From a virus, in the IMG/VR virus record IMGVR_UViG_3300037297_000139, positions 1 through 47,592 of that record: 47,592 nucleotides of DNA. One strand, written 5' to 3'. The translations under genes were made by a program, and so were the position numbers. Shown here one piece after another: positions 17,773-26,998 of this stretch. The notes under the pieces were generated by a model. The model made no database searches. It was given only the letters and a program-made list of their open reading frames with translations, and was not told the origin of the DNA. Within the stretch, counting starts at the first letter, position 1. The number at the start of each line of letters is the position of its first letter.

Positions 17773-18230
17773 GGAATCACCTCAGCGTCCCCCACCACGT
17801 GGGATTTGAGCGTGCCTGTTTCGATCAGGGGGACGTACGGGGGAGCCTGTCCGTGTCGCTCACGAGCGCGCTTCGTGGCTTCTTCCAAGTCCGGGGGGAT
17901 GCCGGCGGCCATTCGGTTCTGACACTGGGCTGCCATCTTGGCCGCCGCCAGCTCGGCAGCGACCCCGACAGCTTGCGGCGCTGCTCGCATCGTGTTGACT
18001 GCCAGCTTCGTCGCGCCTTCGGCGTTTTCATCGAACCAGGCCCGAACGAATGAGCGCATCGGTACCCCGTCGCCGAATTCGTGAGCTTGCGCCACGGCCC
18101 CGACCGAGACCCCGCTTTCGTGCGCGGCGTCCGCATGTAGGATCCCCACGCGGATTTTGACCGACGTCGGGATCCGGAACGGCTGCTCTTTGGTGCGTAC
18201 GGAAGTCATGCGATCCGAAGCTCGCTGCAA
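17769..18230 (-). CDS. Head-tail joining protein, HK97 gp10-like
   Basis: 153 aa. AQAHEFGDGVPMRSFVRAWFD matches the HK97 gp10-type hEfG..RpF motif. Confidence 0.7.
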   Translation of the reverse strand: MQRASDRMTSVRTKEQPFRIPTSVKIRVGILHADAAHESGVSVGAVAQAHEFGDGVPMRSFVRAWFDENAEGATKLAVNTMRAAPQAVGVAAELAAAKMAAQCQNRMAAGIPPDLEEATKRARERHGQAPPYVPLIETGTLKSHVVGDAEVIP

Positions 18231-18490
18231 GCGTGCATCCGCTTTCGGCGGTTGAGTTCTCGGGTGTAAGTGGACCCACCGTCTTCACCTGACAGCTGAG
18301 CGGCGCGACCTACCGGCGACGCGGCGAGCCGCGCTGCGCATTCGAGGCCGATGATTTCGTCACGCGACTCGCCCCAGCTGTCGGACACGTACCGCCCGAC
18401 TGTGGTCAAAGCTGCTGCGACTTGATCGGGGTTCTGTGCGTACGTCGGGGCGAATTCCGGGAAAGCTTCCAGAAATTCGTCAATGGTCAT
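18206..18490 (-). CDS. Head-tail adaptor (DUF4054-like)
   Basis: 94 aa. The N-terminal TIDEFLEAFPEFAP is characteristic of DUF4054. Confidence 0.7.
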   Translation of the reverse strand: MTIDEFLEAFPEFAPTYAQNPDQVAAALTTVGRYVSDSWGESRDEIIGLECAARLAASPVGRAAQLSGEDGGSTYTRELNRRKRMHACSELRIA

Positions 18491-18493
18491 GGG

Positions 18494-19129
18494 TCAGGCG
18501 CTCAGGCTCTTGGCGTATTCGATGATCACTCCGTGAATGCAAAGGTCGTCCGCGTCCAGGTCCGCGTTCGGAACCAATGTGAAGGATAGCGTGGCCGGTC
18601 CGTCCGGGACGTCGCCGCTGTCCAGAACCCGTGTCACTGTGTCGATCACAGTCGTGGCGGCCGCAACCGCGCCGGTATCGCCGCCGCAGTCCGCGTCCGC
18701 GTCCGGGGCCGCGCCGTCCACCTGGAAGAATGCTTCCACGGTGATACAGGCGTCCGCGTTGCCGGTACCGATTCGCGAAGCCAGGATCCGGATCGTGACA
18801 TCTTCGTCACCATCCAGCTCTGCCGGAAGCGGGACGCTCGCGCCGATCTTGGCCGAGCTGGACGGATTGAACCGATAGAGCAGCCCTTCGCTCCACTGAA
18901 GCCCGTCGGCGACCCCGTCATTGAACGCGGTCACCAGCGGCAACCCGTCGGCCACGGTCACGAATTCAGTCAGGGGGACGTTGATTCGCCCCATGGCTTC
19001 GTCGGCTTCGTGGAGCGCGTCGGCCGCTTCCAGTGCGGCGATGTCCGTCTCGTTCGTATCCACTTGGGTTGCTCGGGTCGAGTCGAGCGGTCCGAGGTAC
19101 AGGGTTGTGGGGGTGGGGACTTGTGCCAT
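18494..19129 (-). CDS. Hypothetical virion-module protein (Asp-rich, beta-rich)
   Basis: 211 aa directly downstream of the major capsid gene, high GC3, no recognisable motif. Confidence 0.7.
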   Translation of the reverse strand: MAQVPTPTTLYLGPLDSTRATQVDTNETDIAALEAADALHEADEAMGRINVPLTEFVTVADGLPLVTAFNDGVADGLQWSEGLLYRFNPSSSAKIGASVPLPAELDGDEDVTIRILASRIGTGNADACITVEAFFQVDGAAPDADADCGGDTGAVAAATTVIDTVTRVLDSGDVPDGPATLSFTLVPNADLDADDLCIHGVIIEYAKSLSA

Positions 19130-19141
19130 CGTGCGGATCTC

Positions 19142-20044
19142 CTAGATGCCGTCCAGGTAGTGGATCGCGTCGGGGGTTTCGACCAGGACACCGGCCGTAC
19201 CGAACGTCTGCGGAACGACCCACCCGAGGGGGATTGCCAGCGGCCGTTGATCGGTCAGCTCCTGCGGCACGATCATACGTGCCACGTCGAGGCCGGTCGC
19301 CATGGTCACCATCCGCTGGATCGACCCAGCGCCGGCCGTCGCGCACTTCTGCCAGCTCGCGAAACGCACTCCGGGGAACATGGCACGCAGGATCTGCAGC
19401 GCGCTCTGATTCGTGATGGGGTGGAGCGTCTGTGTCAGCAGCCGCATACGGTCGGGGCTGATGATCACCAGCGCGGCCGTCATGTTCTCGTAGGTGTTGG
19501 ACTCGATCTGTCCGACGGCGTAGCCGACGTCGGCAACGATCTCCTGCCACGAAGCGTAGGTCCACGTGGTACCCGAGGCGGGGGCGGCCGCCTTCACACA
19601 CGCAGTGTCGGCCGACTTGCCTGAGATATTGAGCAGCCCGGGGAGTCCGTACGTCGTGAGGTAGTCCCCGGCTGCGATGGCATCCAAGAACAACTCCACG
19701 TTGCGCTGATTCGCGACAGCGTACGAAGCCGACAACGTGATCTTCTGGCGCGCGGCTCGCTCCAAGTCGCGATCCGAGTAGCCGTAGCTGTACCCGAAGT
19801 ACATGATTTTCGCGTAGGCTGCTTCACGCGAAAGCGTCGGCCGCGGCAGGTTGTCGGGCGGACCGCTTGTGGGGATCGGCACAGGGACTTCGGCCGAGAC
19901 CGAAATCTCGGAGTGTTCGACACGGTCTGCCCACGTGGGGACGGAGCTGTCGATCGGGAGCAGGCCGCGAAACTTCGCAGGGCGGTAGAGCTTCGTCCGT
20001 TGCTCGGCGACATAGTCCAGCTGGGTTTGGGTGATAGCTGCCAT
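19142..20044 (-). CDS. Major capsid protein (DUF2184-type, HK97 fold)
   Basis: 300 aa. The N-terminal MAAITQTQLDYVAEQRTKLY and the YGLPGLLN motif are typical of DUF2184 capsids. It is flanked by decoration and scaffold genes. Confidence 0.9.
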   Translation of the reverse strand: MAAITQTQLDYVAEQRTKLYRPAKFRGLLPIDSSVPTWADRVEHSEISVSAEVPVPIPTSGPPDNLPRPTLSREAAYAKIMYFGYSYGYSDRDLERAARQKITLSASYAVANQRNVELFLDAIAAGDYLTTYGLPGLLNISGKSADTACVKAAAPASGTTWTYASWQEIVADVGYAVGQIESNTYENMTAALVIISPDRMRLLTQTLHPITNQSALQILRAMFPGVRFASWQKCATAGAGSIQRMVTMATGLDVARMIVPQELTDQRPLAIPLGWVVPQTFGTAGVLVETPDAIHYLDGI

Positions 20045-20059
20045 TCGTCTGTCTCCTGC

Positions 20060-20545
20060 TCAGGACGCGGGGGCCTGTGGAAGGTTGATCGCGATCTTCA
20101 CGACACCGGCACCGGTGGACGGGTAGACCACTTGCGCGTTCGGCAGCAGCTCTGCGTTCGCAGTGTCAGCGTCCGAACGCAGCACGCCGGGGTAGAGCTT
20201 GCCCGCGCCGTTGGCCGTGTGTCGCACGTACGGCTTGGACCCTTCGGCCATAGCCTCTTCACACACGCACCAGATCTCCCCCTCTTTGAGCACCTCACAC
20301 ACCCGTGCCGACTCGTAGTCGTACGTGGAGGAATAGGCCGGGGTGAGGGGGTCGTACACCGTCACCCCGATCGCTTTGGCAGCGTCGCCGGCCGTCGCCG
20401 GGACCTTGCACGTACCGTGTGCGGCGCCGGGGACAACCACGACACCTGCTTTGGTGTTGGCGTCGAGCACGAGGCCGACGCTGCGGCCGAGAAGATTCGC
20501 CTTCTGTCCCGCCTTGGGGGAATCGGATTCTGCAAACGACTGCAT
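20060..20545 (-). CDS. Head decoration / cement-like protein (DUF2190-like by position)
   Basis: 161 aa between the scaffold/protease and the capsid. Gly/Ala/Val-rich beta-type sequence. Confidence 0.6.
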   Translation of the reverse strand: MQSFAESDSPKAGQKANLLGRSVGLVLDANTKAGVVVVPGAAHGTCKVPATAGDAAKAIGVTVYDPLTPAYSSTYDYESARVCEVLKEGEIWCVCEEAMAEGSKPYVRHTANGAGKLYPGVLRSDADTANAELLPNAQVVYPSTGAGVVKIAINLPQAPAS

Positions 20546-20549
20546 GGCT

Positions 20550-21713
20550 CTACTCTCCTGCGAACCGGGCCGCGGCGACCTTCCGGATGTGCGCCGCTGG
20601 ATCGATCTTGGTGGTCTGTGTCTCGCCGTCTTCGACGTGGTGATCCTTGCTGTAGTCGTGTGGCTCGGGGCGCGCCTTGCACAACCCGGTGAGCATTCCG
20701 CGTAGCTCGGCTTCGTCCGAGTCGGCGGTCAGCTCGGACTTCGGATCGAGCGCCTTGATCGCTTCGACCAGAACCTCGGCGCGCGACTTGCCGTCGTAGA
20801 CGAAGTCATCCGGCAGCACATCGCCGACCGACTTCCGAAACTTCAGCTCAGCCGACACGCCGTCCGCGATCTGCTTCGCGACGTCCCCCTTCGCTTTGAA
20901 GTCCGCCAGCTCCTTCTGAGCGTCGGCCAGCTGCGTGCGAGCTTCGTCGCGCTCGCGCGTGAGATTCGTGTTCTCGGCCTGGAGCCTCGCCGTCGCTTCC
21001 GTGAGTAGCGCACGATCAGCGATCAAGCTGTCGCGCGTCGGCTCTGCCGGAGGGCTTGCGGGGGCCGCAGGGGCCACGGGGGGTGCATTGGGTAGAGTGG
21101 CCATTGCATCGTCGGCCACAAGATCGTGCATCAGAACGTCGGACATGTCTTCTCCGTCAGTGATGAGCAACCGTGCATCGCGCCCGGCACGGGCGAACCC
21201 TGCCGGACCAAGTGCAACGTGATTGGGCCGCAGCCCGCGAAACACGACATCGTAGGGTTCGCCGTCGGCAGTGACACCTGGCGTCCAATCGCGCTCGCAG
21301 TCGTACGCACACGAGCACTCCCGCAAGTCACGCGACTTCGCACGCTGGATTGCGCTGGCTTCGGTCAACTGCAGCCGGGCGCGAGCGAATCGATACGAGC
21401 CGCGCCGCTCAGCCTGCGGATCTTGATCGCGCACCAACCCGACGGCGTGCTCGCGCCAATTCTCCGGTGACACGCCCCCTGTCGGGTGTCCGATAGTGAC
21501 GGGCGCGCCAGCGTAGTCAGCTGCGAATACCTCCGCTGCGGGCCGGTATGCGCGCACCGTCGTTCCGTCTGGACGGCGGTACACTTGCACGCCGTCGCGG
21601 CCGATCAGAGCAGGAATCACAACCCCGCCCCCGGGGGCTTCCTGTACCGATTCCAGCTGGCCTGTATCGACAATCACTGAAAATACAGTATCACTGCATT
21701 CCAGCGGTGTCAA
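20550..21713 (-). CDS. Capsid scaffold / prohead protease-like protein (DUF2213)
   Basis: 387 aa. The N-terminal domain has VTIGHP and RPNHVALGPAGFARAG. The C-terminal half is coiled-coil (LQAENTNLTRERDEARTQLADAQKELADFK). Confidence 0.8.
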   Translation of the reverse strand: MTPLECSDTVFSVIVDTGQLESVQEAPGGGVVIPALIGRDGVQVYRRPDGTTVRAYRPAAEVFAADYAGAPVTIGHPTGGVSPENWREHAVGLVRDQDPQAERRGSYRFARARLQLTEASAIQRAKSRDLRECSCAYDCERDWTPGVTADGEPYDVVFRGLRPNHVALGPAGFARAGRDARLLITDGEDMSDVLMHDLVADDAMATLPNAPPVAPAAPASPPAEPTRDSLIADRALLTEATARLQAENTNLTRERDEARTQLADAQKELADFKAKGDVAKQIADGVSAELKFRKSVGDVLPDDFVYDGKSRAEVLVEAIKALDPKSELTADSDEAELRGMLTGLCKARPEPHDYSKDHHVEDGETQTTKIDPAAHIRKVAAARFAGE

Positions 21714-21724
21714 ATCCGGTCAAG

Positions 21725-22504
21725 CTAGATTTTTCGGGCTGGCCGTTTCTTCGGACGACTGTCGCGATACGCCTTGATTTCCGCCGCCGTCGGCTTCCTG
21801 GGCTTCCGCCGAGCCCCCTTCTCCGTCTGCTCTTTAGGCAACACCGGCTCGGCATGGCATCGGCACCGGTAGTCGTGCCCGGGGTGTGCTCGTCGGCCAC
21901 TTGCGGACACCACCGGCGGAGCGTCGTACCGGAAAACCTTGCCATTCAACACACGATGGTATGGCCGCACGTTGCCGTCTTGCGACGTCCGCCAAATGTA
22001 CTCTTTGACGCCAAGCCGCTCGTGCTGTTTCTGCCGCACGTCTGCATTCAGTTTCAACGTCTGATCAACTGCCCAGAATTTCGCACGCGAAGCCGACACC
22101 CCCAGCTGTTCTTGAAGTCGTTTCGCGAGCGTGTCCCTGTGCAACCCTTGCCCAGCCGACAAGATGCGCTCCACCTTTGACAGGTGCTCGGTTGCGATAG
22201 TACGGATCAACTTCACGGATTGGGCTCGGAACCCTAAGACGGTCGCTTCGTCACCAGCCAGCCGATCCGCTCGAACCCCGGGGAGCTTCGACAGATCCGA
22301 GTTGACGCCGCGTACAAGTGAACGGAGCGCCCGTTCGATCAGCCGCAACACGACAGCTGGGATCCGAATCTTGCGCGGCGCATCTTCCACAAGCGAGCCG
22401 ACAGCTTGCCTATGTACCGCGCGCAAGACGATCAGATAGGCGCGCTCCACGTCATTGAGCACGCCTTCCGAAACGGTTCCGCGGTATTCACGTTTCAGTG
22501 GCAT
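21725..22504 (-). CDS. Minor head morphogenesis protein (Mu F / SPP1 gp7 family)
   Basis: 259 aa. Contains WRTSQDGNVRPYHRVLNGKVF and HPGHDYRCRCHAEPV, with a Lys/Arg-rich tail. Confidence 0.85.
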   Translation of the reverse strand: MPLKREYRGTVSEGVLNDVERAYLIVLRAVHRQAVGSLVEDAPRKIRIPAVVLRLIERALRSLVRGVNSDLSKLPGVRADRLAGDEATVLGFRAQSVKLIRTIATEHLSKVERILSAGQGLHRDTLAKRLQEQLGVSASRAKFWAVDQTLKLNADVRQKQHERLGVKEYIWRTSQDGNVRPYHRVLNGKVFRYDAPPVVSASGRRAHPGHDYRCRCHAEPVLPKEQTEKGARRKPRKPTAAEIKAYRDSRPKKRPARKI

Positions 22505-23981
22505 CCGGACCCGGTGCTGGAGCTGTCAGTTGAGACAACCTTGCCTCGGTTTCGGCGCGCAGTTCTGCCACCGACTTGTTACCGCGCCCCGGCTCCCACG
22601 GCGGAAGCTTGTTCACGGCTCGCACTTCGTTCGCGCTAGTCGTGAACTCTTGCGCCGACGGCGTGAGTTCAATCGACGCGCCTTCTGGGATCTCCTTTTG
22701 CGAAGCTTCGAACGCTACAAGCTTCGCATCCGGATCGATCTTGACGCCTAGGCTCCCGTCCTGCGCTCGCGAGACCATGACTTCGATCGGATCAAGTCCG
22801 CCCATCCCATACCAGATTTGATCCGCTTGCGCGTTGGCCAACCGTGTAGTCGCTTTCTCTTGCGCAGATTCCTCCCATAGTGACGGGAAGTCCAACTCCA
22901 CGGGGCGCTTCGCGATCAAAGATACGAGCCGTTGCAGCTTCGGCTTCACGCTCTGCTCGCGATACACCGCCGCCTTGTCGTAGTCTTGCCGGATGTCGCT
23001 CTCCCCCGTAGCGTTGAGTCCGGCTGGCGACTGCCCGAACAACGCAGTGGCGGAGACCCCGGCTGCGCCGGACATCCGTTGCGTGATCTGCTGCATGAGT
23101 TGGGGCAGCGCTTGAAACGACACCTCGGTCCGCGTGAACGATTCATCGTGTGAAGCGTCAAGGAACATCGACCGCGCGGCGGAACGCCCGACAGTGAGCA
23201 TCTGCAGGCGGTTCTGGATTGCGGTCGTGTCTTTCGCCGCGAGCATATCGATCAACCCTGCCAGCTTGACCACTCCGATCGAAGCTTCAACTAGCAGGTT
23301 GGAGACCCCTTGCCATGATACGCCGTAGTCTCGCATGGTGTCGAGCACTGGTTGCAACACTGACAACCATGGGGTGGGGTCCGTCGCGGGACGTGGCTTG
23401 CCGCGCGCCAACCCTTCACAGAAGATCGCGCGGCTCGCGTGAAACTCTAGATCCTTGCGTGGGTGGTCGCCGACCACCCTAAAGATCTCAGGCAACCGGA
23501 ACCGCTCGCTATTGGGATCCGCGTTTCGGCTCTTGATCGTCAAATCGTGCCACGGCACGACGTCAAGCCACTTCACGCCGGACGCAGACCCCGGCTCGGG
23601 GGCAACGTCCGTTGGCTGCCCACGCTCGAACCCTATCAACAACACCGCCCCACCAAAGAGCCGCCCTTGATATAGGGCGTGGTTGAACACGCCCGCGGGG
23701 TACAGCTCATGAGCGTTCAGCTTCTGGAACGCTTCGAATGCCCCTTCCACATCCGTCGTCGGAGGCTTGCGCAGCGCTTGCTCCGGCAACGTCTGAACGA
23801 TGCGGCGTGCCAGCCACTCCCCTCCGAACATGTTCTCTAGCGTCTCGGGGGTCTCCTCCGTCAGCCGTGAATACGTCGTGGCAGTTGTTCGATCGTTCTC
23901 GGTTCCGTACCCTGTGATCAGATTCTGCCACCCGTCTTTCACGAGAGCGAGCAACCTGCCCGGCTTTTTGGTCTGTGTCAT
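22488..23981 (-). CDS. Portal protein (DUF1073-type)
   Basis: 497 aa directly downstream of TerL. The N-terminal GWQNLITGYGTENDRT is typical of DUF1073 portals. Confidence 0.85.
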   Translation of the reverse strand: MTQTKKPGRLLALVKDGWQNLITGYGTENDRTTATTYSRLTEETPETLENMFGGEWLARRIVQTLPEQALRKPPTTDVEGAFEAFQKLNAHELYPAGVFNHALYQGRLFGGAVLLIGFERGQPTDVAPEPGSASGVKWLDVVPWHDLTIKSRNADPNSERFRLPEIFRVVGDHPRKDLEFHASRAIFCEGLARGKPRPATDPTPWLSVLQPVLDTMRDYGVSWQGVSNLLVEASIGVVKLAGLIDMLAAKDTTAIQNRLQMLTVGRSAARSMFLDASHDESFTRTEVSFQALPQLMQQITQRMSGAAGVSATALFGQSPAGLNATGESDIRQDYDKAAVYREQSVKPKLQRLVSLIAKRPVELDFPSLWEESAQEKATTRLANAQADQIWYGMGGLDPIEVMVSRAQDGSLGVKIDPDAKLVAFEASQKEIPEGASIELTPSAQEFTTSANEVRAVNKLPPWEPGRGNKSVAELRAETEARLSQLTAPAPGPDATET

Positions 23982-25489
23982 CTGTTCTTACCTATAGCAT
24001 GCAACGCGGCGCGCAAGCGTTGCGCCTTGTCCGTCATGTAGTCCAGTGCTTGCGTCGTAGTATCCACGCGATCATTGCGCCGCTGATTCGGGAATCGTAC
24101 CAGCTCGGCTCGGAATTCGCCAATCGTTGGCATCTGCTCAGCCGTTGGCAGGAGAATCTTGCCGGATTCTGCCAACGCACTGTGCCGGGATGCTCTGTCT
24201 TCCTTCGACCCTTGCGGCTCGACTGGCTTGATCGGGACCCCAGGAGACAGCTCTGCCATTTCGTCAATCAACGCTGGGCCGTTCGCCTTGTCTTCTACTA
24301 GCACGGCTTCACACTTCGCCCAGAGAGTCTGGCACCGTTGAAACTGCCGGCGTGTCTCGGGGTAATTCCACCAGCCGATCACTTCCGCCACGAGGTAATA
24401 GGCCGCGTCGGTGAACGCCCACAACGCACCATGCACCCGTGAATGCGCCTGCCGTTGCTGCTTCCCCGCACGCTTCCCTTTGAATCCAAGATCCCACGAT
24501 TGCACGTAGCGCGGTCGCGCTGGCAATGCCTCCCACGTTCCGAACCAGTCGTCTTCAAAGAACGCGCCGCGCTTCGGAACCGGGTTCTGCTGCAGCTGAG
24601 CGCCTACGTTTTGCTCGGTTTCGAGTGCAGCTTCTAGTTCTTGCACAGCCGACTCCGGAAAGCGCTGCGGGGCGAGCAATTCGCCGGCTTCAGTGCGTTG
24701 GTCCAACTTGCCCAAGCTACACCCAAAGTCCCACGTGCAACCGGGCACGTAGCGCATGGGCAAACACAGATGCTCGTAACCTTGCTCACGAAGCATTTCG
24801 CCAGCTAGATCGTCTTCGGCCAACCTCTGCATGATGATCACGCTAGCGTGTCGTGCTGGATCCATGCGTCGGGTCGCAGCCGTGTTTTTCCAAATCCGCG
24901 ACACCTCTTCGAGTTGAAGCCCCGTCACCCGCAGCGCTTCGTCTGGCTTGATCGGATCGTCACACACGAGAGTATCCCCGTGCCATCCAGTCAACCCGCC
25001 CCGAAGTTGCTTCGAGTATCGAAGACCGCCGGCCTTCGTGTGGATCGTGTGCACCGCGGGGCGCTCGCTGGTCAGCACCGTCCCGGGGTACGTCAAGCGG
25101 TATCGTTCCGATTGAACTAGCGAAAGCATCTTCGCTGCGTCACGACCAACGATCCCTAGCTCGTATGAGGTGAACATCCAGCGGTGCCCAGGATCCCAGC
25201 TCCACTGCCACGCCGGCCAAAACACTGACGTCAGGAGCGACTTGCCTACGCCAGGCGGAACGTTGATCACTAGCTTAGTGATCTGCCGAAGCGAGACGGC
25301 CATCAGCGCGGCGCAGATAGCTCCAATCGCCCAACCGTCAACGAACGGCCTCCCTTCGCCGGACTCGTGCCAAAACTGCCGGACGAATTCCCACAGCCCG
25401 TGACGTTCGACTAGCAGCCTAGTTGCGGCTGAGTCCTCTGCCGCTGATACGCAGCGTCCAACGCTCGCGTTCGGATCCGTAGCGCCCAT
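23978..25489 (-). CDS. terL: Terminase large subunit
   Basis: 503 aa. Contains INVPPGVGKS (Walker A) and TLVCDDP (Walker B), with a C-terminal nuclease-type region. The start overlaps the upstream gene by 79 nt and may lie further downstream. Confidence 0.9.
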   Translation of the reverse strand: MGATDPNASVGRCVSAAEDSAATRLLVERHGLWEFVRQFWHESGEGRPFVDGWAIGAICAALMAVSLRQITKLVINVPPGVGKSLLTSVFWPAWQWSWDPGHRWMFTSYELGIVGRDAAKMLSLVQSERYRLTYPGTVLTSERPAVHTIHTKAGGLRYSKQLRGGLTGWHGDTLVCDDPIKPDEALRVTGLQLEEVSRIWKNTAATRRMDPARHASVIIMQRLAEDDLAGEMLREQGYEHLCLPMRYVPGCTWDFGCSLGKLDQRTEAGELLAPQRFPESAVQELEAALETEQNVGAQLQQNPVPKRGAFFEDDWFGTWEALPARPRYVQSWDLGFKGKRAGKQQRQAHSRVHGALWAFTDAAYYLVAEVIGWWNYPETRRQFQRCQTLWAKCEAVLVEDKANGPALIDEMAELSPGVPIKPVEPQGSKEDRASRHSALAESGKILLPTAEQMPTIGEFRAELVRFPNQRRNDRVDTTTQALDYMTDKAQRLRAALHAIGKNR

Positions 25490-25758
25490 TGGTAGTCCGA
25501 TTCAAAGGCAACGATTTTGCGACCTGTCAAGATGGCAGCCACAACGAACGCCCCCGCCCCCGCGTTCCAGTCAACGAGCAGATCCCCAGGTTCTGACCAT
25601 TGCTCTACCAAATCTCTCACGTCTGAGTCGGTATAGGTGTGCTTGTGTTTCGACGTCCCTAGCTCGCACGCCCATTGCACGCCAGCCAACGCGGCACGAC
25701 CTTCCTGATCGGTGCCTTGCACTACTGTTGCCTCCGGGCTCGTGAGCAAGACTCTCAC
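25411..25758 (-). CDS. Methyltransferase-like protein, SAM-binding C-terminal half only
   Basis: 115 aa from GTG 25758 (GTGA overlap with the Orn stop). HKHTYTDSDVRDLVEQWSEPGDLLVDWNAGAGAFVVAAILTGRKIVAFESD aligns by eye with the HPxxKP..GDxVLDPFxGSGTT..GRxxIGxE end of beta-class N6/N4 DNA MTases. No DPPY-type catalytic motif is present. Confidence 0.55.
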   Translation of the reverse strand: MRVLLTSPEATVVQGTDQEGRAALAGVQWACELGTSKHKHTYTDSDVRDLVEQWSEPGDLLVDWNAGAGAFVVAAILTGRKIVAFESDYQWALRIRTRALDAAYQRQRTQPQLGC

Positions 25759-26324
25759 AGTGCCCCCCGCCCCGGCGGTGCGTAGGGGATCATTACGTGT
25801 GCTCGGTACCAACGCCAATACTCGATAGCGTCGCGGGTGTCAGGTAGCGCGCGATGTGCAACGTCCGACTTGGCTGGCCCCCATTCGCCGTACCTGTCCT
25901 TAACGCCCTGCTTCAGCGTCGAGCAATCGAACACCCGATGCGACAATCGCTCGAAGAAATGCGGGACGTACCTCCGCAACCACCGTGCGTCGAAGTGCGG
26001 CGAGAACCCTCCGAGCGAAGGTCGTTCCCCTGCGAACAGCGCGGCAACGTCTGCCAGCTCCTGCTGCAACGTTTTGATCGTCACCCGTGACACGCCCGGA
26101 TCCACGAGCGCCTGCCACAGTCCCGACTTCGCGTGCATGTCCACAACGATCGGGGCCGCGCGTTGGATCATTGCGACAACGCTCGCGCCGTCATATTGCA
26201 GCACCCACGATCGTGTATCGAGCGCGGCCCCCTTGCCGTCCGTCAGAACCGTGGCCACTTCCAGCAAGTGATGCACGCTGGGATCCAACCCGGTCGTCTC
26301 CACGTCAGCCCACAGTATCAGCAT
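25755..26324 (-). CDS. orn: Oligoribonuclease (Orn)-like DEDDh 3'-5' exonuclease
   Basis: 189 aa, collinear with bacterial Orn: LILWADVETTGLDP..LLEVATVLTD, MHAKSGLW, GGFSPHFDARWL, SHRVFDCSTLK, HRALPDTRDAIEYWRWY. All DEDDh positions are present. Confidence 0.85.
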   Translation of the reverse strand: MLILWADVETTGLDPSVHHLLEVATVLTDGKGAALDTRSWVLQYDGASVVAMIQRAAPIVVDMHAKSGLWQALVDPGVSRVTIKTLQQELADVAALFAGERPSLGGFSPHFDARWLRRYVPHFFERLSHRVFDCSTLKQGVKDRYGEWGPAKSDVAHRALPDTRDAIEYWRWYRAHVMIPYAPPGRGAL

Positions 26325-26351
26325 GATCGCTCCTTTCCCTTGGAGCGTATC

Positions 26352-26804
26352 CTACTTACCGCCCTTGCGCAAGTACTCCTTACGCAGCGTCTGCAGCATC
26401 CGGAGCGCTTCGTCCGGTACGTGCGACGAAAAGGAGATCATTTCTTCCGCCTGCCCTGTCAGGGGGTTCACTTTCGACAACGCTTCGAGCATCCGCACAA
26501 TCACCTTTGGATCCGTTTGCATCGTCGGGTTGGTCTGCGCCTGAAACAGAAACTTCCCCGCTTCGATCATGGCGGCTGATGCCATACGATCCCACAGTTC
26601 CCGCATTGCAGCCGCGGGCTCCGTCGGAAGCGCGGCCGCCTGATCGTATGCGACTGCCCGCGTGGCCCAATCCAACCGGCGTGACAGCTCCAAGTCAGAC
26701 GGGAGTCCCCTCGAACTCCCCGGCTGTCCCAACCATTGCTGGAACAACCGAAACTCCCAGTCAGTCTCGTCGAAGCGCTGCGCCCAAGGCGTCGGGGCTA
26801 CCAC
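26352..26804 (-). CDS. terS: Candidate terminase small subunit
   Basis: 150 aa, GTG start. DWEFRLFQQWLG..SRRLDWATRAVAYD resembles the N-terminal HTH-plus-W..R..aYD pattern of many TerS proteins. It lies upstream of TerL but is separated from it by two genes. Confidence 0.5.
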   Translation of the reverse strand: MVAPTPWAQRFDETDWEFRLFQQWLGQPGSSRGLPSDLELSRRLDWATRAVAYDQAAALPTEPAAAMRELWDRMASAAMIEAGKFLFQAQTNPTMQTDPKVIVRMLEALSKVNPLTGQAEEMISFSSHVPDEALRMLQTLRKEYLRKGGK

Positions 26805-26998
26805 CAGCCTAGTGCCTTCCCGATGATCACGACAGCTCCGCCGAGCACAGTCGAAACGCCCGCCGCCGTCGGCGCGTGCTTCCGAAGTGGGTGCGGAGCC
26901 GTCATGATTCGGATCATGAGATCAAGCTTCGCCCCCTGCGAAGCGATCTGCTTCTCGATCCGCTCGAGCCGCGCGCGTTCTGTGCAAGGGACGGTCAC
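26798..26998 (-). CDS. Small tail-anchored membrane protein (possible lysis accessory)
   Basis: 66 aa, GTG start in a GTGA overlap. Has a C-terminal hydrophobic segment AAGVSTVLGGAVVIIGKALGWW and sits next to the peptidase gene. Confidence 0.55.
   Translation of the reverse strand: MTVPCTERARLERIEKQIASQGAKLDLMIRIMTAPHPLRKHAPTAAGVSTVLGGAVVIIGKALGWW

Noticed and set aside
25759-25818. The first 20 codons of the track ORF 25411..25818.
   Set aside because: They overlap the end of the Orn-like gene in another frame, and a GTGA junction at 25755..25758 gives a coupled start.
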